From Eubacteriales bacterium (GTDB lineage Bacteria; Bacillota; Clostridia; Oscillospirales; SIG627), in the NCBI GenBank assembly GCA_045597125.1, contig JAZODR010000031.1, positions 40,836 to 104,835 of the forward strand: a stretch of 64,000 bases of DNA, in the 5' to 3' direction. Under the pieces are notes generated by a model. It was given only the letters and a program-made list of their open reading frames with translations, was not told the origin of the DNA and did no database searches. The translations under genes and the position numbers were made by a program. Below, piece by piece: positions 1-8,140 of this stretch. Every line of letters starts with the position of its first letter. The stretch's first letter is position 1.

Positions 1-3
1 GAT

Positions 4-1242
4 ATGCTCGGCAAGGTCCTGACCCTTGCGGGAGAGGATTATACCGTAGTGGGCGTTGTGAAATCAGGCTTTGATTTGGAGCGTTACCGTCCTTTGACCG
101 AGAAAAGGAAGGATCCGTCCACTGCCGATATGTTGGTGGATTATGCACTGCTTAGTGAATTGCAGGGGATTCGTGATTATTCTCTGGCACAGGTTTTGTT
201 TGTCAGTGAAGAAGTTTTGGAGACAATGGTTCGCGAACAGGTTCCGTTCCGTCCCGCTCACGATGGATATTTCAGCGTGGAATGGATGGGGGAGAATAAG
301 GACGAGTGGTTTGGTCTTTGGGCCGATTATTATGCTACCCTTGAAAATGCCAAGGATTATCCTATTTTGTGGGTGGATGGAGAAAAAAAGAATCTTGCAG
401 ACAACGAGATTATCTTATCTGCCACTTGCGTGACAGAGCAACTCGGCGGTTTTTCCGAGGAATTGTTAAGTGATGCTGAGCGACAGGCTCTTCTGGAAGC
501 AGTAGAAGCTCTTCCTGATTTGCGGATTTTTTCCCATAGTTATCACGATTATCAAAATACGGTTCAAACCGTCGAGAACGGTAAGGTGGTGGGAATCCTT
601 CTGCCCGATTCCAAGGGAAAGCTTCCCAGCGTGATTCTTGCAAGCGACGCTATGCTCAAGCACGTGATTCGTGCCAATGACGGAATGTATCAGTACGCCG
701 TTGGAAAAATGCCTTCGGATACTGCCGATCTTCGCACACTGGTAGAGTTTTGTTACGACGAATCGGGGGATGTGGCGTATCCTATGCAGAATGCAGTCTG
801 TTTTGAACTGGACGGTATTCACGAGCTTCTTCTGATTTTTTCTAAGGTGTTTTTGTATATCGGCATCTTTTTTGCGGTCTTTGCTGCCTTAATGCTCTCC
901 AATTTTATCGCCACCAGTATTGTTTATAAAAAACAGCAAATCGGAATTCTGCGCGCCATCGGCGCACGGGGAAGTGACGTATTCCGCATCTTTTTTGCGG
1001 AAAGCTTTGTGATCGCTATGATTAATTTCTTGCTTTCGGCAATGGGAACATTCCTTGCCGTGATGCTGATTAATGTTGTGATTCGTAAGGAAACGGGGAT
1101 ATTGGTTACGATTTTGAATTTTGCTCCCCGCCAAGTATTCCTTCTTTTTGGTGTTAGTCTTTTGGTTGCGGCTTTGGCAAGCTTTTTCCCGGTGAAGAAG
1201 ATTGCCTCTAAAAAACCGATTGATGCCATTCGCGGCAGATAA
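4..1242 (+). CDS. ABC transporter permease, FtsX-like (MacB type); probably only the C-terminal part, with the true start upstream of the window
   Basis: The ORF opens at base 4. The C-terminal ~130 aa form the FtsX 4-TM module (IGILRAIGARGSDVFRIFFAESFVIAMINFLLS...), preceded by a long soluble domain. Confidence 0.7.
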   Translation: MLGKVLTLAGEDYTVVGVVKSGFDLERYRPLTEKRKDPSTADMLVDYALLSELQGIRDYSLAQVLFVSEEVLETMVREQVPFRPAHDGYFSVEWMGENKDEWFGLWADYYATLENAKDYPILWVDGEKKNLADNEIILSATCVTEQLGGFSEELLSDAERQALLEAVEALPDLRIFSHSYHDYQNTVQTVENGKVVGILLPDSKGKLPSVILASDAMLKHVIRANDGMYQYAVGKMPSDTADLRTLVEFCYDESGDVAYPMQNAVCFELDGIHELLLIFSKVFLYIGIFFAVFAALMLSNFIATSIVYKKQQIGILRAIGARGSDVFRIFFAESFVIAMINFLLSAMGTFLAVMLINVVIRKETGILVTILNFAPRQVFLLFGVSLLVAALASFFPVKKIASKKPIDAIRGR

Positions 1243-1284
1243 TATGAAATGTTCCAGTTTTGAGTAGTGGAGTTGAGTTTTAAT

Positions 1285-1923
1285 ATGAAAAAAACCACAG
1301 TATATTTGATTCGTCACGGACAGAGCGAGGGAAATCTGTATGGCCTGTTTCTGGGACATACTGATTTGGATTTGACAGACCTTGGGAAAAAACAGGCAGA
1401 GCGGGTGGTTTCATATTTTAAGGATATTCATATCGACGCTATTTTTTCCAGTGATTTGATTCGCGCGTATCATACCGCCTGCCCTTTGGCAAAGATGAAA
1501 GGGCTTCCAATTATCAAATGTGAAAAATTGCGTGAAATTTATGCAGGAGATTGGGAAGGAAAGGTGTTTTCCGATATTCGCAAAAGCTCTCCGATGGGAG
1601 ATATTTGGTGGAAAGATACGGGAAGAGCCACGCCTGACGGCGGTGAAAGTGTTGCGGAATTGCAGGAGCGCGTTCTTGCCGAGGTTTCCCGCCTTGCAAA
1701 AGAAAACGAAGGCAAAACCATTTGTATTTTCACTCATTTTACGCCCCTTTATGCTTTGCGTACTGCTTGGGAGGGAGTGCCCCTTTCTGAAATGAAACGA
1801 ATGCCTAAGCCCTCTAATGCCTCCGTTACCCACGTGATTTATGAAAACGGAGTGTTTTCGCAGCTTGTGGAATATGCCAACAATGATTATTTAGGGGAAT
1901 TGGATTGCTTGTGCCGCGCCTGA
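1285..1923 (+). CDS. histidine phosphatase family protein (phosphoglycerate mutase-like)
   Basis: The N-terminus VYLIRHGQSEGN carries the RHG catalytic motif. The ATG at 1285 (MKKTTVY) is preferred over the track GTG at 1267. Confidence 0.8.
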   Translation: MKKTTVYLIRHGQSEGNLYGLFLGHTDLDLTDLGKKQAERVVSYFKDIHIDAIFSSDLIRAYHTACPLAKMKGLPIIKCEKLREIYAGDWEGKVFSDIRKSSPMGDIWWKDTGRATPDGGESVAELQERVLAEVSRLAKENEGKTICIFTHFTPLYALRTAWEGVPLSEMKRMPKPSNASVTHVIYENGVFSQLVEYANNDYLGELDCLCRA

Positions 1924-1927
1924 AAGA

Positions 1928-1961
1928 AAAACGGTGTAGCCCTCACGGGCTACACCGTTTT
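1928..1961. terminator. bidirectional intrinsic terminator between convergent genes
   Basis: Perfect 15-bp stem aaaacggtgtagccc / gggctacaccgtttt with loop tcac. The A-run and T-run flanks let it work on both strands. Confidence 0.75.
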
Positions 1962-1976
1962 CTGTTTTAGAACGAA

Positions 1977-2255
1977 TTAGTTGTTTTCCTTCATTGCTGC
2001 AAAGCAATCGCTGCAATATACAGGGCGATCGCTGGTGGGCTGGAAGGGAACTCTTGCTTCCTTGCCACAGTTAGCGCAAGTGGTAGTGAAATACTCTCTT
2101 GCCTGTCTGGAAGCGTTCTTCTTTGCGTCTCTGCAGGGTTTGCATCTCTGGGGCTCGTTCTGGAAACCTTTCTCAGCATAGAATTCCTGCTCACCTGCGG
2201 TGAACACAAACTCGTTGCCACAATCCTTGCATACCAGTGTCTTGTCTTCGTACAT
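1977..2255 (-). CDS. double zinc-ribbon protein (four CxxC pairs)
   Basis: 92 aa with CKDC..CKPC and CANC..CSDC. This fits the CxxC-x17-CxxC zinc-ribbon type. Confidence 0.7.
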   Translation of the reverse strand: MYEDKTLVCKDCGNEFVFTAGEQEFYAEKGFQNEPQRCKPCRDAKKNASRQAREYFTTTCANCGKEARVPFQPTSDRPVYCSDCFAAMKENN

Positions 2256-2369
2256 TTGCCATACCTCGTATTTTTTTAAAAAATTGCCCAGAACGGACTC
2301 GCACCGTCACCCTTTTTAATCTGCCGATCAAAACGCTCTCTTTAAGCTACTCGGGCATATAAACATAAT

Positions 2370-2945
2370 TTAGGAAGGCTTTATCAGCTTCCTTTTGGCG
2401 CGGAAAAGGGTATTTTCCACACTTTTTTGATCCCGTCCTACAATACGGGCGATTTCTCTTGCTTTCTTACCTTGCAAATGCAGACCGAATACTTTGCGTT
2501 CCATAGGGGACAGGGTGCGGTTTACTTGCTCCAGCAGGGAAGCGAGGGTTTCCTTTCCCATTAAAACCTCTTCGGGTCTTCCCGCAACCTTGTCGGGAAT
2601 TTCCTCGGTGGGCATTTCGAAAGAGGGCAAACTGCGCTCCCGTTGATAACGACGAAGACCGTCGGAAATGCCGGAACGAATACAAACAGAGGCAAAGGTA
2701 GAAAAGGCGGAAACGGAAGGATCGTAGAGAAGGACAGCCTTGTAAAGACCGATTAGCCCTTCTTGATAAAGATCATTTCTGTCTTCCTCGGGAACGGTAA
2801 TGGTAGAAAGAATATGAAGAATTACTCCTTCAAATTTTTTGGCAAGTGTTGCAAAGGCAGCATTATCACCCTCTGCGGCACAGCGAACCGTTTCCGCATC
2901 GGCGTTTGCTTTGGTCTTTGAAATGGGCTCAATGCTGTTTGCCAT
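2370..2945 (-). CDS. sigma-70 family RNA polymerase sigma factor, SigH-like
   Basis: Region 2 is DLYQEGLIGLYKAVLLYDP...FSTFASVCIRSGI. A C-terminal region 4 helix-turn-helix is present (KAREIARIVGRDQKSVENTLFRAKRKL). Confidence 0.75.
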   Translation of the reverse strand: MANSIEPISKTKANADAETVRCAAEGDNAAFATLAKKFEGVILHILSTITVPEEDRNDLYQEGLIGLYKAVLLYDPSVSAFSTFASVCIRSGISDGLRRYQRERSLPSFEMPTEEIPDKVAGRPEEVLMGKETLASLLEQVNRTLSPMERKVFGLHLQGKKAREIARIVGRDQKSVENTLFRAKRKLIKPS

Positions 2946-3149
2946 GAATACCTCTTTCTTTACATTACCTAAAACTCATTATAGCATCTAAAATAAATTA
3001 TGTCAAGCATTTTAATAAAATTTGGATAGTATGAAACATTTTTCGACAGAAATTTAATTACAATTTCCAAAAAATGGAATGATTTTTTTCCAAAGTTCTT
3101 GCTCAATAAAGGTTCGTGTGTTAGAATAAAAGAAAAAAGGAGAATTCAT

Positions 3150-3455
3150 ATGATTCGTCATATCGTTATGTTCAAATTTAAGGAAGAAGCAGACGGAAAA
3201 GCCAAAATGGAAAACGTTCTTGCCACCAAGGCAATGCTGGAGGCGCTTCCTGCGAAAATTCCGCAGATTCTTTCCAGCACCGTAGAGATTGGCGCAGAGG
3301 GTGCTAATCCCGAAAATGCGGATTTGGTTCTTATTTCCGATTTTGAATCTTTTGAAACTTTAAACGAGTATATCGTTCATCCCGATCACAAGGCGGTGGG
3401 CGCGTTTATGCGTCCGCTGCGAGAAAGCCGCGCAGCGGTTGATTTTATCGTATAA
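3150..3455 (+). CDS. Dabb family (stress-responsive alpha/beta barrel) protein
   Basis: MIRHIVMFKFKEE...HPDHKAV is typical of Dabb proteins. An AAAGGAG Shine-Dalgarno lies 7 nt before the ATG at 3150. Confidence 0.8.
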   Translation: MIRHIVMFKFKEEADGKAKMENVLATKAMLEALPAKIPQILSSTVEIGAEGANPENADLVLISDFESFETLNEYIVHPDHKAVGAFMRPLRESRAAVDFIV

Positions 3456-4722
3456 CTTTTACAAGTACTGCGTGCACAGCGAAACGGCGGTCTCGGCTGC
3501 CGTTTTCGTTTTTGCAGGTGGAAAGTGTCAGAAGACGGGTATCTTTGTTAAATTGCGTGTCGGTTTGATACAAAGAGAGAAAAGCCATTTGTTCGCAGAA
3601 GGTGAGAAAGTCCTCGTCGCTTTCAAAATCTGTTTCAAAGTAATTATCGTAAGCGTCGGATTCGTGGGCGGAAAAGGGCTTGTAAACGTAGATTCCGTCT
3701 TCCGTGGCGATCTCGATGGTTGCACTGTGGAATAGGGTCGCACTGGAAAAATCGTGCAGAGAGGCAAACATACTTCCGTCACTCATATTGTGTCCGTAGA
3801 TGACCGTATTGCGATTTTCCTCAATGGCGGGAGAGTTTCTTTCGTCGATATAGATGGTTCCGCTTGCCAAGGATTTCCCGTAGAAATCGCGTTTTAAATA
3901 GTAGTTTTTCACTTCGGACCAAACCACCGGATAATTGACTACGGTCCCGTCAATGGTGATCCATCCCGCGGTATTTTTATTGATTTGCTTGAGCTGATGG
4001 AGCTTGTTGACCAGACGTTGCTGTTCATCGGTATAGGTATCAATGCCCGATGTTTCTTCTTTCTTTCCGTTCAGAATGTCTTGCGGAGTTAAGGAATTGA
4101 CACAGGCAGCTGTCTTTTTCAGATATTCGTGTTGAAATCGGTCCGTGGATTGAACCAGCTCTTGCAAACGGGTGTTGATGACGTAGGTGCGATGATAGCT
4201 GTAGATCTTGCCGAAGACAAAGATGCCCGCGGTGAAAAATCCGAAAATACATATGAACAGAATGGCATAACGCAAAATTTCGGTGGGCGCAACCGTTTTT
4301 TCGGGCGCCTCTTCCGGATCCTTATATACGTCGTACATTCCGTCCAGAGAATCTTTGATTTGCTTCTCCTTTTCCTTCCTCGTGAGGGGAGCCGGAGGAG
4401 CTTTTTTTTCTGCTTCGATTTTTTTGATGGGAAGATGTGTGAATGGAATAAAAGGTTTCTTTTCTGCCTTTTTCTCAGTGGAAACGGATTTCTTTTTTTC
4501 GCTTTTCTTTGGCATTGCTTCAAGATTTGCCAAAGGGCGGCGTGCGGGGGCCTTGTTTTTGCCCTTGATCAATTCGGGCTTGGTGGCATGTTCTACTTTG
4601 ATTTCGTCAGAGGAATCCGGTGCGTCGGTGTGGTCTGTTTCTTCGTTTTTTTGCGCTTCTTCCAAACGGCCCAGAAACAGGTCGTCGTCGTAAAAATCAT
4701 CGAATTTCTTTTTGCCGAACAT
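3445..4722 (-). CDS. srtB: class B sortase with a long N-terminal extension
   Basis: GWITIDGTVVNYPVV, VIYGHNMSDGSMF and TLSTC (catalytic Cys) are present, with one TM at about aa 149-171. A strong AGGAGG lies 6 nt upstream of the ATG at 4722. Confidence 0.8.
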   Translation of the reverse strand: MFGKKKFDDFYDDDLFLGRLEEAQKNEETDHTDAPDSSDEIKVEHATKPELIKGKNKAPARRPLANLEAMPKKSEKKKSVSTEKKAEKKPFIPFTHLPIKKIEAEKKAPPAPLTRKEKEKQIKDSLDGMYDVYKDPEEAPEKTVAPTEILRYAILFICIFGFFTAGIFVFGKIYSYHRTYVINTRLQELVQSTDRFQHEYLKKTAACVNSLTPQDILNGKKEETSGIDTYTDEQQRLVNKLHQLKQINKNTAGWITIDGTVVNYPVVWSEVKNYYLKRDFYGKSLASGTIYIDERNSPAIEENRNTVIYGHNMSDGSMFASLHDFSSATLFHSATIEIATEDGIYVYKPFSAHESDAYDNYFETDFESDEDFLTFCEQMAFLSLYQTDTQFNKDTRLLTLSTCKNENGSRDRRFAVHAVLVKVIR

Positions 4723-4755
4723 CGTTATCCTCCTTTTTCAAAAAATATGGCGAAG

Positions 4756-7023
4756 CTATTTCCAAAAATGGTTTAATTGATTGCGTAATTCCGCATCGCG
4801 GGAAATGATCCGGGCATCTTCCCAATTTTCGGGGAAAAGCTCTTTGATTTCTTCCCCAAGAAAGCGCATATCACAGAGAATGAGAAAACCTCGATCCTCT
4901 TCGGAACGGATCACGCGCCCAGCTGCTTGCAAAACGCGGCTCCAGCCGGGGAGAGTGTAAGCAAAACTTTTGCCGTCCATTTCTCGTTTGTAATAAGCGG
5001 CGCATTCTGCTTCTGCTTCGGGCGTGGGGGGAGGAAAGCCTGTTCCTACAATAATCTCTCCTGACAAAGCTTCTCCTTTCAGATCCACTCCCTCGGAGAA
5101 AATTCCACCCATTACGCAAAAGCCGATGAGAGTACCGTGCGGCGTTTTGCGGAATTCTTCTAAAAAGGCATTTCGCTTCTTCGGTGACATGACCTTATCT
5201 TGAATGAGTATGCGGTGATCAAAAAAGCGCCGTTTATATTCCTGAGAAACCAGTCGCAAATACTCAAAAGAAGGGAGAAATACCATATAATTTCCCTCTT
5301 TGGCGCTGACTGCGGAATGAATGATGCTACAGATTTTGGGCGCGGTGTCAAAGCGTTTGGAATGAGAAACGTCCACTCCGCAAAGACCTACGAACAGATT
5401 GTCACGGGGGAACGGGGAATTAAGAATGAGAAAATCATCTCCCTCTTCTCCCGCTAAAAGGTCAAAATAATATATTTCGGGAAGCAAGGTTGCGGAAAAG
5501 AATACTACTGACCGCCAGTTTTTACAAGCCTTGAGAATCTTGGCGCGGGGATCTACGTTATAAATACGGATCCCTCCTTCGGGAGGATAAACCGTGGCAT
5601 AATTTTCATCGAATTCTTTGCACAGCCGTACAAATTTTTTTAGTTTTCTATAAAGATTGCGCAGGTTTTTCTCCGTTTCATCGGTGAGAAGACCAAAGCC
5701 ATCGTGCAGGGCAAAGGCAACTTTGGGAAGGAGTGCCGTGGCTTCTTTTGCTATGGAATCGTGAAACTCAAAGGAGAAATATTCCTGTGAATCCTTGCGT
5801 TTTTGCTCTATTTTCGGAAATAGGGAAAGAAGTGCTCCGAAATGCTCTCGAAGCATTGCGGAAGGATGGGTGGTGTCGCGGAAGAAGGGATCGAAATCCG
5901 AAGGGGCAAGGGTTTCGGTATTGTTTTCTCGAATGCGCGCGGGTAGATTGTGTGCCTCGTCTATTAAGAGCACTGCATCCTTTTTGGGGGTAAAGACGGC
6001 GCGGGACGGATCGAATACGTGATTGTAATCTCCGATGACCACGTGGCAAAACGTTGCCATTTTTTTAGCCAGAGCAAAGGGGCAAATGTGAAAATGCTCT
6101 GCGGCGGAAAGCAATTCTTTTTCCGTAATACAGGAAAAGGCGGTGAGAAAGGCAAGGGCGCGGGGAAGTTTTTCGCCAAAGTCCTCCCGATAGGCACATT
6201 CTTTTCCGTCACATTCTTCCAAATGCTTGGGGCAAAGAGCCATTTTTGCGGAAAGGACAATGGTGCGTAGTCCGCGCAGCTTTTGAAGGGCTTCTACCGT
6301 AGCGGCGGCTTGCATTTTCAAGGTGTTTTTGGGAGATGCATAAAAAACCTGAGATGCTTTCCCTTTTTCCAATGCTCTTAATGCGGGATAGAGTACTGCT
6401 GCGGTCTTTCCAATGCCTGTGGGTGCGCAGGCGTAAAGCTTTGAGGATGATAAAATGGCATCCCAAGTAGCGTGAATCAGTTTCTTTTGTCCCTGCCGAA
6501 GGTTTTTGTAGGGAAATTCAATGCTGGAGTCCGGTTTTTGCCACAAAGGAATGAGGGCGAACATATCCCGTGCATGAAGGGTTAAAATATTACTCAGACG
6601 GTCTTTTTCATAGGGGAATTCTTCACATTGCACTCTGCCTTCGGAATAGACGGAAAGGCGCAGGACGACCCGATTCAATTTTTTGGTATTACACAGAGCA
6701 AGGCCCAAAAGCTGTGCTCGCAGCATTGCCTGATCCCGATAAAGGGAAAAATCCACACTGCGCTCTACTAAGGTTTCTTCTTCAAGTATGTATTCGTCGC
6801 CTTCTTTGTGAATGCGATGGGCAATTCCTTCCAAGGAAAGGGTTCCTTCTCCGTAACCGAGCTTCAGAGAAAGGGGGGTGTCCGGATATCCCCATAGGGC
6901 ATTTTGCCCCAAGGCCTCTTTTCGCATGGTCTCCGAAGGGCGACTGCGATCCTCCCCGTTTTTGGTGGGGCATAATAAGGCCAGAACATCATTCAGACCA
7001 ATGGTGAGGTTTTTATCTTTCAT
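4756..7023 (-). CDS. ATP-dependent DNA helicase, XPD/DinG (Rad3) family with an Fe-S Cys cluster
   Basis: Walker A APTGIGKT and DEAH box LIDEAHNL are present. The Cys pattern CPKHLEEC-x4-C...ICPF sits between them. C-terminal helicase motifs are AAGRVIRSEEDRG. Confidence 0.8.
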   Translation of the reverse strand: MKDKNLTIGLNDVLALLCPTKNGEDRSRPSETMRKEALGQNALWGYPDTPLSLKLGYGEGTLSLEGIAHRIHKEGDEYILEEETLVERSVDFSLYRDQAMLRAQLLGLALCNTKKLNRVVLRLSVYSEGRVQCEEFPYEKDRLSNILTLHARDMFALIPLWQKPDSSIEFPYKNLRQGQKKLIHATWDAILSSSKLYACAPTGIGKTAAVLYPALRALEKGKASQVFYASPKNTLKMQAAATVEALQKLRGLRTIVLSAKMALCPKHLEECDGKECAYREDFGEKLPRALAFLTAFSCITEKELLSAAEHFHICPFALAKKMATFCHVVIGDYNHVFDPSRAVFTPKKDAVLLIDEAHNLPARIRENNTETLAPSDFDPFFRDTTHPSAMLREHFGALLSLFPKIEQKRKDSQEYFSFEFHDSIAKEATALLPKVAFALHDGFGLLTDETEKNLRNLYRKLKKFVRLCKEFDENYATVYPPEGGIRIYNVDPRAKILKACKNWRSVVFFSATLLPEIYYFDLLAGEEGDDFLILNSPFPRDNLFVGLCGVDVSHSKRFDTAPKICSIIHSAVSAKEGNYMVFLPSFEYLRLVSQEYKRRFFDHRILIQDKVMSPKKRNAFLEEFRKTPHGTLIGFCVMGGIFSEGVDLKGEALSGEIIVGTGFPPPTPEAEAECAAYYKREMDGKSFAYTLPGWSRVLQAAGRVIRSEEDRGFLILCDMRFLGEEIKELFPENWEDARIISRDAELRNQLNHFWK

Positions 7024-7472
7024 AGCTCCTCCGTAAATAAAATCTCTGCCAAAGAAAGGGCAAAGCCCGTGGCAAGATTTTTATACAGACTGAAATTACG
7101 GTCGAACCGCACCTTTCTCTCGAAAGGCACGATGTTTCGTCCTCCAAGATAGATTTCTTGCTGAACACACAGCATGGCGTCTTCGTCGCCGATGCTGGAA
7201 AAACTGACTGAATCGGAATGTGCCATTCCACCGGTTAATACAATCCCTTCTTGTGGTAATACGGGGATTTGAGCATTGCCGGGAACCAGAAAAATACTTG
7301 TGTAGAAAGGAAAGGTTTGCGGAAAATAATTTTTATCGGAAAGGATTAGGTCGTATCTGGCGCCTCTGCGGATGCTTTCCGCGATGATTTTACCGCCGTA
7401 AGGATACAAAATTCGCTCCGATTTCAGCTTTTCACGCAGGATGGGTAATGTTTCCAACAAACCGATTCTCAT
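7020..7472 (-). CDS. hypothetical protein, about 150 aa
   Basis: The ORF has an AAGAGG Shine-Dalgarno before the ATG at 7472. Its TGA overlaps the helicase ATG (ATGA at 7020-7023). I recognised no motif. Confidence 0.5.
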   Translation of the reverse strand: MRIGLLETLPILREKLKSERILYPYGGKIIAESIRRGARYDLILSDKNYFPQTFPFYTSIFLVPGNAQIPVLPQEGIVLTGGMAHSDSVSFSSIGDEDAMLCVQQEIYLGGRNIVPFERKVRFDRNFSLYKNLATGFALSLAEILFTEEL

Positions 7473-7537
7473 AAGCGCCTCTTTCTTTTTCTTGGTCCTT
7501 TTAGTATGACCGAAAAAAGAGGGGAGCATACGGGAAA

Positions 7538-8140
7538 TTACTGGTTTTTCTCAAAAGATTCCACGGTGGTTTCGATTAGCTTCCAAACGCTTTCTACGCC
7601 ATAGCCGTTAAGAGAAGAAAAAGGAAATACGGGAGTGGGGAAGAATCTGTCTTGCAATTCCTTGAGATTCTTTGTTTGATTTGTTTTGTTCAGTTTGTCA
7701 AATTTGGTAGCAACAATCACAAAGGGAATCCCCACTGCATTGAGATATTCAATCATATCCTCGTCGTCACGGCTGGGGCCGGTTTTCAGATCTACCAGCT
7801 GGAGAACCAGAGAAATATGCTTTGGATTTTGAAAATAGGAGTCTGTAAGAAAAGACCATTTGCGCTTTTCTTCTTCGCTTCGTTTGGCAAAGCCGTAACC
7901 CGGTAAGTCTACCAGATACAGTCTGGAGTCAATATCAAAGAAATTGACGGTGATGGTTTTTCCGGGAGAAGAGGAAACTCTTGCAAGACTTTTGCGATTC
8001 ATCAGTTTGTTCAGAGCAGAGCTTTTTCCCACGTTACTTCTGCCCGAAAAAGCGATCTGACAGCGTCCGTCACAAATCAATTGATCCCGCCTGCCTGCGC
8101 TGATGGTTAAGCGGATATTGTTTTTGTTGATTGGCTTCAT
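7538..8140 (-). CDS. engB: ribosome biogenesis GTP-binding protein YihA/YsxC
   Basis: G1 is GRSNVGKSS and G3 is VDLPGYG. It sits directly after lon as in Bacillus, and its ATG overlaps the lon TGA (ATGA). Confidence 0.9.
   Translation of the reverse strand: MKPINKNNIRLTISAGRRDQLICDGRCQIAFSGRSNVGKSSALNKLMNRKSLARVSSSPGKTITVNFFDIDSRLYLVDLPGYGFAKRSEEEKRKWSFLTDSYFQNPKHISLVLQLVDLKTGPSRDDEDMIEYLNAVGIPFVIVATKFDKLNKTNQTKNLKELQDRFFPTPVFPFSSLNGYGVESVWKLIETTVESFEKNQ

Noticed and set aside
2256-2369. A minus-strand leader of the zinc-ribbon gene containing gggtgacggtgcgagtccgttctgggca, which vaguely recalls the CCGCCUGGGC end of ZTP (pfl) riboswitches.
   Set aside because: The 5' sub-domain and the pseudoknot partner are missing, and the downstream gene is unrelated to purine or folate metabolism. 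It is more likely a weak terminator or promoter region.
4129-4776. A 215-aa plus-strand ORF opposite the sortase N-terminal region.
   Set aside because: It is the antisense of a Lys/Glu-rich low-complexity segment. The product is F/L/C-rich nonsense, and no Shine-Dalgarno is present.
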